Positions 62,701 through 64,000 of a stretch of DNA of 64,000 bases are shown here, one piece after another (position 1 is the first letter of the stretch; every line of letters begins with the position of its first letter). The notes below the pieces were generated by a model that worked only from the letters and a program-made list of their open reading frames with translations, searched no databases and had not been told where the DNA came from. Origin of the DNA: the human T2T-CHM13v2.0 reference genome, Homo sapiens; NCBI RefSeq assembly GCF_009914755.1, contig NC_060944.1; one strand, 5' to 3'. Both the position numbers and the translations under genes were made by a program.

Positions 62701-64000
62701 ACCTCTCCCACTGGGGTAATCCATCTTTTCTTTTAATTATTTTCCTTTTGAGATATATTAAAAATGCAAAAAAAAAAATTTTTATTTTTTTGAGACGGAG
62801 TCTCGCTCTATCGCCTAGGCTGGAGTGCAGTGGCATGATCTTGGCTCACTGCAACCTCCGCCTCCTGGGTTCAACTGATTCTCCTGCCTCAGCCTCCTGA
62901 ATAGCTGTGATTACAGGTGCCTACCTCACGCCCAGCTAATTTTTGTATTTTTATATTTTTAGTAGAGATGGGGTTTCACCATGTTGGCCAGGTTGGTCAA
63001 CCACCACGCCCAGCCAAAAAAAATTTTAATGTCGAAAATGAGAGAAATAGAATTACAAAAGAAACCAATTACAGGGCCAGGCACAGCAGCTCAAGCCTGT
63101 AATCCTAGCACTTTGGGAGGCTGAGGCGGGTGGATCACCTGAGGTCAGGAGTTCGAGACCAGCCTGGTCAACATGGTGAAACCCCCGTCTTTACTGAAAA
63201 TACACAAATTAGCCAGGCGTGGTGGTGCATGTCTGTAATCCAAGCTACTTGGGAGGCTGAGACAGGAGAATCGCTTGAAACCAGGAGGTGGAGGTTGCAG
63301 TGAGCCAAGATGGCGCCCGCCATTGCACTCCAGCCTGGGCGACAGAGCGAGACTCCGTCTCAAGAAAAAATATATATATATTTATATTCAGATATCAAAA
63401 TGTTAAAACACTTTTTTTTTTTTTTTTGAGACAGGGTCTCGCTCTCGCTCTGTCACTCTGGCTGGAGTGCAGTGGTACGATCACAGCTCACTGCAGTCTT
63501 GAATTCCCAGGCTTAAGCGGTACTCCTGCCTCAGCCTCCCAGGCAGCTGAGACTACAGGAGCACACCAACACGCCCAGCTAATTTTTGTATTTTTTGTAG
63601 AGTTGGGGGTTCTCGCTATGTTGCCTAGGCTGGTCTTGAACTTCTGGTCTCAAGTGATCTGCCCACCTCAGACTCCCAAAGTATTGGGATTGCAGGCGTG
63701 AGCCACAGCGCCCAGCCAAAACACATTTTGATGGTGTCATAAACGTGCTTCTTTAACCATTAGATAGCAAGATCTGGTCGTGGCCCAATAACTGTGATAA
63801 TTTTGAAGATATAATGAATCTAAACAGTATATAGAGGCATTTGTGACAGCTGTGATAGGAAGTTATCTTCTATTTTGATTTGTGACAAAGCCACAGGTAT
63901 TGCTAATTCTGCTGTGGTTTGTTGCCTAATTTATAGTGAAAGGAAAGGTGGAATATCAGTTACAGATTAGAGACAGATGTGATCTCTTCCTATCCAAGTT

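Noticed and set aside
62118-62900. 260-aa ORF
   Set aside because: Runs through an old LTR-like element into an Alu; no domain or splice support.
63700-64000. Start of OXT, the expected next gene by recalled synteny
   Set aside because: No oxytocin-coding sequence (CYIQNCPLG) or recognisable promoter is present within the window.

Overview
This is primate genomic DNA, most likely human: the GNRH2 and MRPS26 translations match the human proteins as I recall them, and the gene order is that of the PTPRA-GNRH2-MRPS26 region on 20p13. All three genes are on the + strand. The window holds the last 14 coding exons of PTPRA (most of phosphatase domain D1, all of D2, and the 3' UTR; 92-31420), the complete GNRH2 gene (about 36300-38500), and the complete MRPS26 gene (38815-41000) in a CpG island that overlaps the GNRH2 last exon. 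The remaining ~23 kb is repeat-dense intergenic DNA. Mobile elements include dozens of Alus, two SVAs (both inserted in Alu tails), an HML-2 solo LTR5, a solo LTR8, and L1, L2, MLT1, ERVL and MER58 fragments. I found no new intact gene or pathway; most long six-frame ORFs are Alu, SVA or GC-content artefacts. The observations most worth checking are: (1) a degenerate but collinear Ty3/gypsy protease-RT fossil downstream of MRPS26; (2) an inverted SVA/LTR5 homology pair bracketing exactly the three in-frame-skippable catalytic exons of PTPRA D1; (3) a GNRH2 last exon that is at once coding sequence, poly(A) signal and probable MRPS26 promoter; (4) a 124-nt Alu-to-Alu gene-conversion tract across 42.5 kb; (5) a templated inverted insertion that was then tandemly duplicated, at 60.6 kb. 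Repeat family names are from recalled consensus sequences, not from a search.
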